Below are positions 1 to 11,824 of a stretch of 64,000 bases of DNA, piece by piece. The translations under genes were made by a program, and so were the position numbers. The stretch comes from Monocercomonoides exilis PA203. Its lineage: Eukaryota; Protista; Preaxostyla. The stretch is from positions 868,001 through 932,000 of the forward strand of contig LSRY02000011.1 of NCBI GenBank assembly GCA_001643675.2, read 5' to 3'. Numbering within the stretch: the stretch's first letter is position 1; every line of letters begins with the position of its first letter. Below the pieces are notes generated by a model. It did no database searches. It had not been told where the DNA came from and saw only the letters and a list, made by a program, of their open reading frames with translations.

Positions 1-2434
1 AGAGCTAACAATAATTGACACGAATGACACCGGAGCACACACAGCAATTTGCAGATAAAGCGACATTTTGACATGAGACGACCGCTGCTGTGTGTTGAAC
101 GGAGGCGGAGCGACTTTGGGGATTTTGACAGCTGTGATGACTGAATAGAGATAGAATGAAGTGTGCTGGATGAGGTTGAATAAACGAGAGAAGCTCACAT
201 GTACGAGAAAGAAGAGAAACAGAAACGTTGTCAAGAATGAGCCTGGAAGGGAGAATTCGCCTTCTTCGGGGTGGATAAGGATGTTTGTGGTGACATGCCA
301 GATGAGAGCAGCGAGTGAATGATTACGGAGGGGAGCTGTGGAGTCTGGGTGCTGCAGAGGGAAGCGGATGGCGTGGAGGAGGAGACCAGAGGAAAGGATG
401 CTGAGAAAGAGAGAAGGAGGAGAAGGAAGAGTGGAAGATGTCATTGAAGTGGCAAGACAGAAGAGCTCGTGATATGAAATGACAAGATAGTACAGAGGGA
501 GGAAGAATGTGTTGATGAAACGCCTGATAACAGCGAAAGTGCGAAATGCAGAAGAAGAAGGTGATGGACGCTGAGATGTATTTATATCGTTTCCTTCTCC
601 TTCTGCTCCGCCAACTTTCTTTCCGTCAATGCGAACAAAACGGAACAGCCCAAACCAAAGTGGCTCATTGTGGAGCTCGCACCACCAGCAGAGAACCAGA
701 AAGCAGAAGATCAGAGCATCAATTGCAATTCTGGCAATGGAAAATATTTCACCGTTAACAAAGCTGGGAGCAAGGAAAGATGTGTATGACGAGTCTGCAC
801 CTTCGTCACTGTCGTCAAAAATTGCATTGACAAGAGCGATTGCAATCCAAAAGGCACAAAGCACAATGTCAGAAATAACAGACAAAAGTAGCGTTCTTTT
901 GCGTCTCAAAGATGATTCACGGATCGTTGGTAGTGAATCGGTTCGCGAGGAGGACAAAACGCAAACATCATTTTTCGCTTTTATGCGGAGAAGATTTTGA
1001 GAAGTCTGTGTTTTGTTTGGTTTGTCTGATGCAGCAGATGGCGAAGGAGTGAAGCGCTTTGCCTGTAATGGTGAGTTATTCGACAAGCGGACAACTGATG
1101 AGCTTGTTTGTTCGTCTGAAGCATTCCAGTCGGAAGATGTATTCATAGGAACAATCTGCTTTGAAGAGAATTGTTGAGTTTTCGTCTCTTTAGCTCGTTT
1201 TTGCTGCTTCTTTGGGCGCCAAGTGAAGCAGTCCACCCAATTGTAGTCAAAAATGCAAGCAGCGACCAACAGCGATATTGTTGCTCCTGCAAAAAGAATA
1301 GCTGACAAGTTAATAATTGCTTGCCATATCATTACTCCACCGCCAACGCTGGTAAGCGTAAAAACAATAGAGGTGAGAAGCAAAGTGCCTGTACGCGATG
1401 ACGCAGAACTACCAAAGCAAAATCGAGTAAACTGATTAGCGCAATATAGCAGAAAGGCACCCAATGAGGGAATTACTCCCAGAGCAAAGAAAATTGGAAG
1501 CAAAAGGCATATTCCCATTGGAGCGCTTGATAAATGATATGGAAGTTTTTGGAAATTTGAAGAAATCGTAGCTATCCAATCGTCCTCTTCTTTCATCAAC
1601 AATTGAAATCCATCTGCTCGGCCAAAGTCTGTTATGATAAAAGTAGCGAGTATCAGATAAACAATTGGTCTCAACCAACCAATGAAATAATCGATAACAA
1701 AAATTTGTGACAATTCGTCAGGTGATTTGAACATTAATGAATATACGCAAATAGCATATGATATCCAAGAAAATATCTGATAAAATATTGAGCCAACTGT
1801 CGCAGTTTTGGGTTCTTTTAGATAAAGTGTGATAGCATGATGAATGAAGATAAATGAGAATCCCATAGCAAAGCTAAATATTGCGCTGACAATGTACGCG
1901 ATAGTCTTTAGCCCGCATGAATGAGAAAAAGCGGGTGGAATTTGCTGAATGATTTGTGAAAAATACTTGAAGGAAAATAAAGGTAATTTATTACTTTGAT
2001 AGAACGAAGAAATTCCTTCCTGTTTTGCGCTCCCTTGAGCACTATGCGTTCTTATGCATGCAATTGTGATTTTATGAAAAATATGCAATAAAAACGAAAT
2101 TCCTAACATCAAAAATCAATAATATGAAAATTTTGCACTACGATATATGCATACCTCCACTGATAATTGATCCAAGAAAAATGGAGATAAAATTAAGATG
2201 ACATAATATGGCTATTAGTAATGAAAGGAGTGGAGGAAAAATGAATGAAATAATTTGAAAAATATAATGTTTTGCAGAAATCTGTGTATCCAGAACAGTT
2301 ATAGGTCCACCAAATATGTTTTGCAAAATTCTCACATATAGGAAATGTTTTTGTGTTTGGGGATAATACATGGACTGAATAACAAACGGAAAAACCCCAA
2401 AATAAGAATTGGATGTTATTGTGGCCCATAACAT
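1..2434 (-). CDS. Pecanex-like (PCNX4-type) multi-pass membrane protein, 5' part; runs off the left window edge
   Basis: Exon 1 (2155-2434) reads QKHFLYVRILQNIFGGP...HYIFQIISFIFP, like the PCNX4 N-terminus (KRFPQTVLGGP...YVNQIILFLMP). A GT-AG intron lies at 2103-2154. Exon 2 (1-2102) is an open frame absent from the ORF track, with IFSWISYAICVYSLMFKSPDE...WLRPIVY and GVIPSLGAFLLYCANQFTRFCFGSSASS (cf. Pecanex [29 protein letters not shown]), plus many hydrophobic segments. Confidence 0.75.
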
Positions 2435-2907
2435 TATTCAGACCGATAAAAATTTGAAGAATTTGAAACTCATAAGAATGAAAATTAAAACATTTACAGT
2501 TTATGTTAAGTTTAAATGTGAAAAGAGAAATTATGAAAAGCAAATTCTCATAATATTTATTTTTGTTCGTTAAATAAAATGTTTTTTTTCTGAAAAAATC
2601 AAAAAACAATGTTTTAAAAAATATTTTCGTTGAACAATGCTTGCATTTTATTACTAATAAGCACGTTTCACAAAATGCTCCATAATCCTCAAAAAAGAGA
2701 AAATATGTTGTATTTGTCCAAATTAAAAAGAATACCAATCAATTTCTTTTATGCATTAAAATGAATTGGATCAATTCACATAACTAAGTGCTTGAATTTT
2801 TCTTATAAATGTTTTAAAATCCGTCAAATCCAAGAAAATGTGGATGAGCGTTCTTTTAAAAGTTATAAAATGAATCTTTGCAATCTCCAAAACGCATTCG
2901 ATGAATC

Positions 2908-4436
2908 TCAAGTGTAATGCTGTGATCCCATTATCTGTTTCATAAAAAAAAGTTTCCAAAATTATCATAACATAATTAAATAAAAATAAAAATAAAAAAA
3001 AATGAAAGTTCATTTTCACACTGGAGGAGTTAGCTTTGAGTGTGTGTTTGTTCCTGATGGCATGAATGGCTTCAGAACTGATGAAGATTTCCTTTTAATG
3101 TCAAAAGGGTCAGAGATATACGATGGGAATGAAGAAAATGTTTCCACACGACTAGACGCTGAGCAAAATGGCTTGGGATGTTGCGGTGTGCTTCCCCTTC
3201 TTTTTGTTGTTGTTGTTGTTGAGCCTAAAGTTTTGGAGAAAGAAGCACTTTTTGCAGAAGATTTGCTTAAAGTCTGAGCATTTTGCTTATAACTTCGAAG
3301 CATCATTCCGTGTTCAGATGTCTTATAAAATTGCTCAGATTGAAGAGTTTTTGACGAGCTTGAGAATTCAGGTTTATCAGTTTCGCTTTTCTTTTTATCT
3401 CCAAACACAACATCAAAATCATCCAAAGAAATAGGTTTTGCATAAAACCCTTCATTCGTCCTTCCCAAACTTAAGATTTCTATCTTCTTCTTTTCTCTCT
3501 TTGCAATTTCTTCTTGTGAAAGTTGTGGATCTTTGTATATCTTCTCATCAAATATTATTCCTCTTCGTGAAGTTGATACAAAAGGTCGGGCAGTTGCTGT
3601 TGAATTCGAAGATTTTGCTCTTGGACGCACCGAGCGTGAACGGGTTTCAGAAAAACTTTTCGAATGAGCAACAGGACTTATGTATTCAAATTCATCACCC
3701 TGTTATTTTTAAAGTTAAAATATTATGAAAAACTGATGATAATTCACAAATCACACATGAATTGTCAGATGATAAAATCCGGCACCGCCTTTCTTTGCTG
3801 GTGATGTTACAATATTTGGTTTTTCCTGTTGTTTTCGTTGAGGTAGAGTTTGCTGCAAAGCTTTTGGTATTTCAGTTTGAGCAGGCAGAATCGCTTGAGA
3901 TTTATCAATAAGACCGTATGTATCGCCTGGAGTTGAACTGTTTTTCATGAGCAAATGAAGTTGTCAACAAAGTGTTCTATCGACAATTGAAAAAATACCT
4001 CTTTTTTGTGGGATTTGAAGGAACAAAAGGTTTTGATGTTATTCTTTTGCTCTTTTCTTTCAAATTTCTTTCAAATTCAATTTTGCTTGGATCTTTATAT
4101 TTTTCACCCTAAGTTATTAATCATATGTGTGCGGTAAATTTTCAGAAATGATTAAATATGATTCTTCGATAAAACAAACAACATATAAAGGCTTGTAACT
4201 TTTCTCGAGATAAATATCTGGCGTTTGCCCCTTTTTATAAGGCATAGTTAGGAACGGCTTAAAATGCTTTTGAAATTTAATTGTGTTGAGCCTTATGTCA
4301 TCTGCGTTCTCTGGCTGTTAAAATAAAAGCAAGTTCATCAAAAACTGTTGCAATTATGAAAATATACAGTATCACTTTCGTATTTTGGCTGTGAAAAAAC
4401 ATTGTAATATCGAAGATCATGAGCTGCTGTCATCAT
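2908..4436 (-). CDS. CFAP96: CFAP96 / C4orf47 (DUF4586, UPF0602) family cilia/flagella-associated protein, multi-exon
   Basis: Spliced exons give DLRYYNVFSQPKY, YLEKSYKPLY/GEKYKDP, KPFVPSNPTKK/SSTPGDTYGLI, PNIVTSPAKKGGAGFYHLTIH/GDEFEY, ETFSSFPSYISDPF and KPFMPSG. These are collinear with C4orf47 motifs (FLPSNGEKKPCGLGSYYGTI; NLYTNPGKKGTGYGYANITIG; GTFDPYPSHSADPY). ATG at 4436; inferred last exon IMGSQHYT* ends at 2908. Confidence 0.75.
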
Positions 4437-4501
4437 ACTTCTTGAATGATTTTTAAATAAATATTTTAATCCATAATAATTTGATCTTTAAATAATAAAA
4501 A

Positions 4502-7171
4502 ATGACCGATATCAATTATTTATTTAGAGGGATTGCTCTTTCAACTTTGGTGAGATTGGCAACTCAAGCTATTAGCTTTTTTGTCAATTTCTATGTTACA
4601 AGAGTTGTACAACCGGAAGTATTTGGAGTTTGCAAAAAATTGGAAATACATTTTCATATTTTTTATTCTTTAAAGAGAATTTCTGCCCTTGAACTCGCAA
4701 TTGGAACGGCAAATTCAATTGTCAGAGGACCAATTGGCATATTTGTATTGCGTGCAGGTCTTATGGGGCATGATATTTTACATTATTTTTTGCTTCATTT
4801 TAATATTTTTCAATAGCCCAACACCAAAAACTTCACTGAAATTCTCATCAATTGTTCTTTTTCTTCATCTTCTTGGAATTGTGTTGTTTATACCATTTTT
4901 GTTATGTTTGCCGTTTTTAGAAATTTTTTTAATCATCGTTTTTTTTTTTTTTTTGGAAATAGTATGGTTTTTGTTTTTGAGGCCAAGCTTCGTTGAAGGA
5001 TCACCATACAATTGGATTGAATTCGTTTTTGGTATGATTTTTGTGATAGTTTTAACTTTCTTTTCATTTGTTGCCTGATTTATCAGTGGGAAGTTGCTTT
5101 GTTGATATTCTTTCAGAAGTTTGTCTTACATGTGCTCAATCTTATCGATTGCTTTATATAATTCTATCAACGGAAGCGGTGTCAAGTATTATGAGAACAG
5201 TCTCTCAAGCAATTTTCGTAACTGGAAAAGATTCTGATGTTCTTGTGTTCGGATTGACTCACATGGGATACACAATAACTACATTAAGTGCTCTCATGAT
5301 CTTACTTTGGGTTGAACATTCAAAGCGTAAAAAAGTTGTGATTAACAGTGATCCTCAAAATTTGCAGATGATTCATCAGATGGATGAACTGATATTTGAT
5401 GAAAAAACTGATTCCTCGCAAGGGAAAGTTGAGCATATTATCCACGAAAACAACAATGTTGTCGGAAATACAGGAGAAGAAGGGAGTGCATCTGGACCAA
5501 CTGAAAGCTCTTCCTCAGCAATGTCATCTCTCTTCAAATCAAAGTCTTCTTCACTCGAAGATGATACAACAGAAGAGTCTGATGACCAATCTTTGTATCA
5601 ACAACAATCCCTTCCTTTCAGCGGCCCGTCCTCGTTTTTGCCGCTGTGCTTCTTCTGCAAGACATCCGCATGTGATCGTTCAATCTTTTCTCTGCTAACA
5701 GCAGACTTGCTGACAATTGTGGTGGATGCGTATGTTCGCTATGTGCTGAGCTTTGGGGAGAGCATTGTGATGGTCAAGATCCTCTCGTCGCACGAGCTGG
5801 GCGTACTTGCTCAGTCTCGTCGCTTTGGAGGGCTGCTCGTGAGTATCATTTTAGCCCCGTCAGAGCAGAGGATATTTGAGCTAGTCAGTACAGTTGTTGC
5901 AAGATTGAAGAAGAGTGCGCAATCAGAAGGAGAAGTGAAAAGTGACGATGCTCAAATTGAAGCTGGTGGCGTTCAGAGGATTAGAGATAATGAAAATGAC
6001 GTGATGAAAATTGTTGATTCTTCATTGCATGATGAAACAAAAGAAGATCAAGCAAGAAATTCGATGAAAAGTAAATCAGTTGCATCATCTTATGATGATG
6101 ATACATTGAAAATAACCGACACATCAGCATTCGAACATTTTTCTTCTTCGTCATCATCATCTTCTTCTTCTTCGACAGAACTTCCAACTGCTTCGGAAAT
6201 TGAAAGTGATCAACTTCATCAGAGCAGCCCGCAAAATGAATCTGATTTATTGCCACTTCTTCACGATGACACCAGTACGGACAGAGAAAGAATGTCAGCC
6301 AGCTCATCTTCATCATCATCATCTTCTTCTTCTTCTTCTTCTTCACGTATTGCAGTCACTGTTCTTCACGACACATCCATGTCTTACACTAGCAACTGTG
6401 CCACCATTGTCGAGTGCTGCATCCGCTATTCTCTTTGTGTCTCTATGATCTTCTTCCCATTCCTTTCACTGCTATCAACGGAAATTGTCGGCCTCACAAT
6501 GGGAACGCGGTGGCTCGACGAAGAGACGCCGCGTCTGGCGAATGTGTTTATCTCGTCTATCGCTTTGATGTCTCTGAACGGAGTGGCTGAGGCGCTTGTG
6601 CGCGCTATTGCAGACACGAAACGGCTGACGTTGAACAACATCTTGATGGCCGTTGAGTCTGTGTGTTTTGTGGTGTTGTGTGTGCTGATGGGAAACAAGT
6701 GGCGGGCAATGGGCTTTCTGCTTGCTGCTGTTATCAACTTTGCTATCCGCATTACTATTTCTCTGGGGAATCTTGTGTATTCAATGAAAGGCATTTCCCT
6801 AGATGAATTCCGTTTGTCTCATGTGCTTCCGTCTTTGCCAGTCCTTTTTGTGGTATTTTGTGAAACTGCTGTGCTGATTGGACTGAAATTTTTATTGAAA
6901 CTAATTTCGAAAAAAAGTATTATGCAATTCAAATATGCTTATTTGCTGCCTATTCCGTTGGAGATTGCGTATTCTATATGTGTTGTGGCATCCATGATAC
7001 TATATCTCTTTGTTGTGTATGCTTCATTTATTGTTTTAAATAGTATATGTTCATGATTTGAAATTAAACTTTTAATTACATGTTTTTATTATTACAAAAT
7101 TAATTTTCTTCAAAAACATTTGTAGTTGGAAGAAAGACGCTGAGCTGAAGTCTGCATTACTTGGAAGATGA
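4502..7171 (+). CDS. RFT1: RFT1 family Man5GlcNAc2-PP-dolichol translocation protein (MOP superfamily), multi-exon
   Basis: N-terminus RLATQAISFFVNFYVTRVVQPEVFG, plus STEAVSSIMRT, RFGGLLVSIILAPSEQ, GTRW and IALMSLNGVAEALV, match RFT1 motifs. About 12 hydrophobic segments. GT-AG introns; inferred final exon WKKDAELKSALLGR* ends at 7171. Confidence 0.8.
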
Positions 7172-7430
7172 AGTGCAAAAGTGAAAAAAAGAAAACAGAA
7201 AAGAAGAGTCCGTCATTTGTTGAATGAAAAGTGCAAGCCCATTTAACGCATTTAGAAAAGGGACGGAAAGCAAATATATTAAATGGACGCATGAATTTTC
7301 ATTCAAAATGCCAAGAATTGCCTCCATAGATTGATTAAAATAGTACTTTCCATCTTCGGATCAGTTATCAGAATCGAAAATGGAGCAGCATGACGATACG
7401 TTTGCACAAAATGAAGTGGTGATTTTATTT

Positions 7431-8089
7431 TCACAGATTCTTCAATTGCATTGATGCTTTTATTCTTGAGTCATCTATTCGGATTTTATGAGATGTATTT
7501 ATTTCGGATTAAAAGTGAAAACTGCAAACCTAGCGTTGCTTTTGTGCTTTTTAATTTATTGAACGAATCTTGTACATCTTTGTGTTTTTCTGTTATTTCA
7601 TCAGTTAAACTATACGGTTAAAAAACATTAAATAATTGAAAAGAATAAAATTTGGAATACGATTTCAAAGAGCTTTCCAATTCTGCAACATTTTGAACAA
7701 ATGTCTCATGTATAGTCTTTAATGTGTCAAGTATGTGCAATTGATTCCGAAGCTTTGGTAAATTATCGGCGAGCTTTGAAAAGAAATATGGAATATTAAA
7801 AAACAATTTGTGATTAAAAAACGTTTGCATGCAATTAATTCAAGTGTACTATCGACAGTCTTTAATGCACTTTGTAGAAGAGAAAGAGTTTCATCGGCAT
7901 TAAATGATTCTGAAAATTCAAAGTGTGTGAATGGATCAAATTCAGAAGTTAAACATTGCCTTAATATTGCTTTTCAAATAAGAAATATTTCGCGATAAAA
8001 ATTCATAAATTTCAAAATAATTATAAGGTAATACGATTTGAATGGAAGTCAACTCCATATTTAGCTTCTATTTCTTCCAAAACATCCAT
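7431..8089 (-). CDS. Small (~140 aa) COG5 N-terminal-domain-like coiled-coil protein, 5 exons
   Basis: Spliced product MDVLEEIEAKYGVDFHSNPILRQCLTSEFDPFTHF...ETLSLLQSALKTVDSTLELILADNLPKLRNQLHILDTLKTIHETFVQNVAELESSLKSLTDEITEKHKDVQDSFNKLKSTKATLDDSRIKASMQLKNL*. It aligns nearly gap-free by eye with COG5-N (FLNEDFDVKTY...[38 protein letters not shown]...IKAKIVEPYNKI). Confidence 0.55.
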
Positions 8090-8265
8090 CTCAAATTCAT
8101 TATTGATCTTACCATTTCAAAAAAATAACGATAATTGCAGGATTTTTTAAATGTTATCAGGATAAATGACACTAAATCCAGCTCCATTTATATCATTTTT
8201 TATCTTGCTCCTAGAAGCTTCTTCAATCTCGTTTTCTTTTTATTCTGTTCTTATTCGTTCCAAAG

Positions 8266-9834
8266 ATGCTTTTTCTATTTGTTGCATTTCTCTTCCACTT
8301 TTTCACCATTACACAATGCAAGAAGTGGGAGCGCAAGGTAGTATTCGTACCTCCTTCTGAAGAAGGAATTGATTGGAATTCTACTGTTTTTGATCCAAAT
8401 CCACCAATAAATATCAAATACATTGATATCGAAACAGAGCCTGCATTCAAGCATCAACATGAAAAAAATATGACTGCATTTGAGCAAAGAGTTCGTGATT
8501 CTCTTCCTGAAAATTATGATCCTCGAACAAAATATGGTCATTGTCTTTCATTGAAAACAATTTTAAACCAAGGTCAGTGCGGAGCATGTTGGGCATTTGG
8601 ATCCACTGGTGTCGCGGCTGATCGTCTTTGCATGGCTGGCGTTGCAAATTTCGTACCTTCTGCGCAGTATTCGTTAAGCTGTGATCGAACCTGTCTCCAA
8701 GGAACCCGTCAATGTAATACTGGCTGTCAGGGAGGATTTATGGGTGCTGGATGTCAATTTATCACTCAAAACATGGTCACCACAGAGCAATGTGTAAGAT
8801 ATACCGGACGTGAAGGCACATGCCCTCGAACTTGCAATGATGGAACTCCTTTCACACCGAATCAAACGCAGTGGAAAGGTTCAGAATTTCGACATTTACG
8901 CAATGAAGATGAAATAAAGGTTGCAATCTACACTTACGGAACTGTAACAGCAGGTTTTCAAGTTTACAGTGATTTCGAGAATTATCGCAGTGGGGTATAC
9001 AGGCATCGTTCTGGACAGCATAAAGGTGGTCATGCAATAAAAATTGTTGGATGGGGTGTTGAACAAGGTGTGAAGTACTGGTTATGTCAGAATACGTGGG
9101 GTACTAATTGGGGTGATGGAGGATTCTTCAAGTTTCTTCGGGGAGAAAATCATTGTCAAATGGAGTCCGAAGTTTGGGATGTAACGTTCCCCGAGATTCC
9201 TCAACCTGGTGACGATCCAGAGCCCGAGCCTGGACCAGGTCCTGAACCTGAACCTGAACCTGAACCTGAGCCACGCCCGCCATTTCCTCCCATCCCATTC
9301 CCTCCAAGGCCTGTTCCTCCGAGACCTACTCCTCCACAGCCCGAGCCTCCAACACCCGAACCTCCACAGCCAGAGCCACCAGCTCCTGTTCCTCCAGAGC
9401 CTGAACCGCCAACACCAACGCCAACACCACCAAGCCCAACACCCGAGAAAATACCTTGCCTCCACAATGGAAAAGAAGGCGTTGCATTAGCCCTTCCTTC
9501 GGATGTTTGCCCAGCTCGCAATTATTCCGCATGTATTACAGGATCCTATTGCAAAGATGAAGAAAGGCTTCGGGAGACGCTTAGTGGACTGTTATTGGAT
9601 CCTTCTGCTGGGGATTGTGTGAAATATGCACAGGCATTCATGTGCGCTGAAGCATTTCCCATGGTTGATAAAGTCGGAAGCACGTTTCCGCCCTGCCAAA
9701 ACACTTGCAATTGGTTTGTTTTCCGTTGCAGACGTTTCTTGGAAGGCAATATGACGATGCCAGATTGTAGCACATATCCAAAAGAAGATATAAAGCCTGG
9801 AGTTGGAACGCAATGCTATTCTCCTCTTCAATAA
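8266..9834 (+). CDS. Cathepsin B-like papain-family (C1A) cysteine protease with Pro-rich linker and C-terminal Frizzled-like cysteine-rich domain
   Basis: Signal peptide; LPENYDPR; QGQCGACWAFG (catalytic Cys); GCQGG; YRSGVY; GGHAIKIVGWG (His); YWLCQNTWGTNWGDGGFFK (Asn). Then (EP)n/Pro-rich linker and a Cys-rich C-terminus. Intronless, 522 aa. Confidence 0.93.
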   Translation: MLFLFVAFLFHFFTITQCKKWERKVVFVPPSEEGIDWNSTVFDPNPPINIKYIDIETEPAFKHQHEKNMTAFEQRVRDSLPENYDPRTKYGHCLSLKTILNQGQCGACWAFGSTGVAADRLCMAGVANFVPSAQYSLSCDRTCLQGTRQCNTGCQGGFMGAGCQFITQNMVTTEQCVRYTGREGTCPRTCNDGTPFTPNQTQWKGSEFRHLRNEDEIKVAIYTYGTVTAGFQVYSDFENYRSGVYRHRSGQHKGGHAIKIVGWGVEQGVKYWLCQNTWGTNWGDGGFFKFLRGENHCQMESEVWDVTFPEIPQPGDDPEPEPGPGPEPEPEPEPEPRPPFPPIPFPPRPVPPRPTPPQPEPPTPEPPQPEPPAPVPPEPEPPTPTPTPPSPTPEKIPCLHNGKEGVALALPSDVCPARNYSACITGSYCKDEERLRETLSGLLLDPSAGDCVKYAQAFMCAEAFPMVDKVGSTFPPCQNTCNWFVFRCRRFLEGNMTMPDCSTYPKEDIKPGVGTQCYSPLQ

Positions 9835-11585
9835 TGAATATTGAAATTATTATGAGGGAGTAATTTATTTATTATGTATTTAAATGAATTTTTTTTTTTT
9901 TTTTTTTTTTGCTTTTTACGTACAAAATTTTTCAAATCGAAGTTGCATTCAATTTCAAAAAAACGTTCAAACAAATCTGATGAATAAGCACCCGAATTCG
10001 TAATTCTTTTGCAATACATGTTTCAAATAAAGAGAATTTTTTAACAATAAAACGAAAGCATAATTGTTTGCATAAGAACGACTAAATATGGTTGATCCTT
10101 TTTGAAATCATGTTTTCATTCTTGTGATGATTACAAAAATAATTCATCAATGGGATACAACAGCAAAAGTCTCAAATCATTTGTTGACACTTTCAAAAAA
10201 ATGGTCAGTTCAAAGAAAAAAAGAATTTCAAAAATGATCAAATGGAAAAAAAAAGTTATCAAAAAAACTTTTGAAAAAATAATTTGTAAAAATAATTTGA
10301 AAAAATCAACATTAAATTCCATTTTGACTGAAGAGTTTGAGAATTGAAACGTTTTGATCAATGTTCAAAATGACTTTATAAAGAATTGGTCGCAGTGGAG
10401 TTTGTCGATTCTTGAACTTTTTTATATATATAATTTCAATCAAATTTTTTCACAAAATATCAATTTGAACAGACAGATCCCAAATTTTTATTGAATTGTT
10501 TTTCATTGAAGTGATGACCTCTCAATGTGAATCATATTCCGGTTGCTATTTGCTTTCTGACAGTTATGAAACATTTTTTTTCATATCTTTGTTTATTTTT
10601 CATGTTGCTTTTTCACTCCTTTTTACACTTCAACTGCTTTAAACGTGAAAAAAGGGTGAAAAAAGTTTGAATAATATTTGTTATGGTTCTCATTCTTATG
10701 TCTCATTCAGCACTGTTTTTTGAATTTTACACAATTTGAGCAACATCTGTAAGAAATTTTTTAAAAAGATAAAAATAATTTGAATAATAAAGGTTTTTCG
10801 AACTCATCTCGTTTTTGCAAAATTGGTATGAATAATATCTTTCTGAAATAAATGGAATTCATCACACATCACAACCAAATATCTACAAGTTTGTTCATTG
10901 ATATTGCTTCAAAGAAATTTTCAAAGAATATTTATTTTCTCACAAAAAAATTACAGAATGAAAAGTCAAGTCAAAAGGCAACATGTGAAATGCGTTTTGT
11001 GATTAACAACGATTAGCTCATATAAAAAAGCGACTATTTAATAAATTTGGTGTTTTTTTATTGAAATTATCTTTTTACAAAAAAAGTTTTGTCGTTTCAC
11101 CTTTTGTTTTGTTTATTCACAAATACAGAAAAGTGACAACACTTAAAAGAATAAATTATGTTTTATCGTTTTTTAACATCGACTTTTATAACAATTTTTA
11201 TTCATTCAACGTTTGATACAAATTATTAGACTTCAGATATTTTCATAGAAAAATAAAGTTTATATGATATCATTTTTGTGATCAAAAAAGAATAAATGGA
11301 ATAGGTTCATTTTTTTCTGAATCCATATCATGCCATGAAATAAAAAGTTATTGTGTCACTGACACCTGATCATTGATGTGAGAATCCAATTTATTTTGAA
11401 ATCTGAGAAAGTTTAAAAATTTTTTAGAAAAACAAAGACATAATGACTTGTGCAAAAAAAGTTTGAACGTCCGTATATTTCACCATTTAGATGAAAATCA
11501 CTTAACAAATGACGAAAGACCTTTGAATGTTCATAACACATAAAAAAAGTTTTTATAAGAAAATTATTTCTTTAATATCATTTAT

Positions 11586-11824
11586 CAAAAATTTTTTGAA
11601 AAGTTCCTCGAGTTTAATTCTCAAATAAAGAAAAATTTTCATGTATAGATCAAATTTCTGTTTCCACTCACGAAACTACTCAACAACAAAAATAATAACA
11701 TTGTCAAGATCTTATATTCATGACAGAAAAATTTGGTGAGTGGGAAAAGAAATTTGATCGAAATATAAAAATTTTTCTTTATTTGAAAATTAAATAAAAG
11801 GAACTTTACAAAAAAATTTTGACC
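11586..11824. mobile_element. Degenerate MITE-like inverted-repeat element (older)
   Basis: 11586-11677 (caaaaattttttgaaaagttcct...gatcaaatttctgtttccactcac) is an imperfect reverse complement of 11730-11821 (...gtgagtgggaaaagaaatttgatc...aggaactttacaaaaaaattttg). About 90-bp arms, non-coding. Confidence 0.65.

Noticed and set aside
9082-9532. Gly-rich and W/R-rich antisense ORFs
   Set aside because: Shadows of the Pro/Glu linker of the cathepsin gene.
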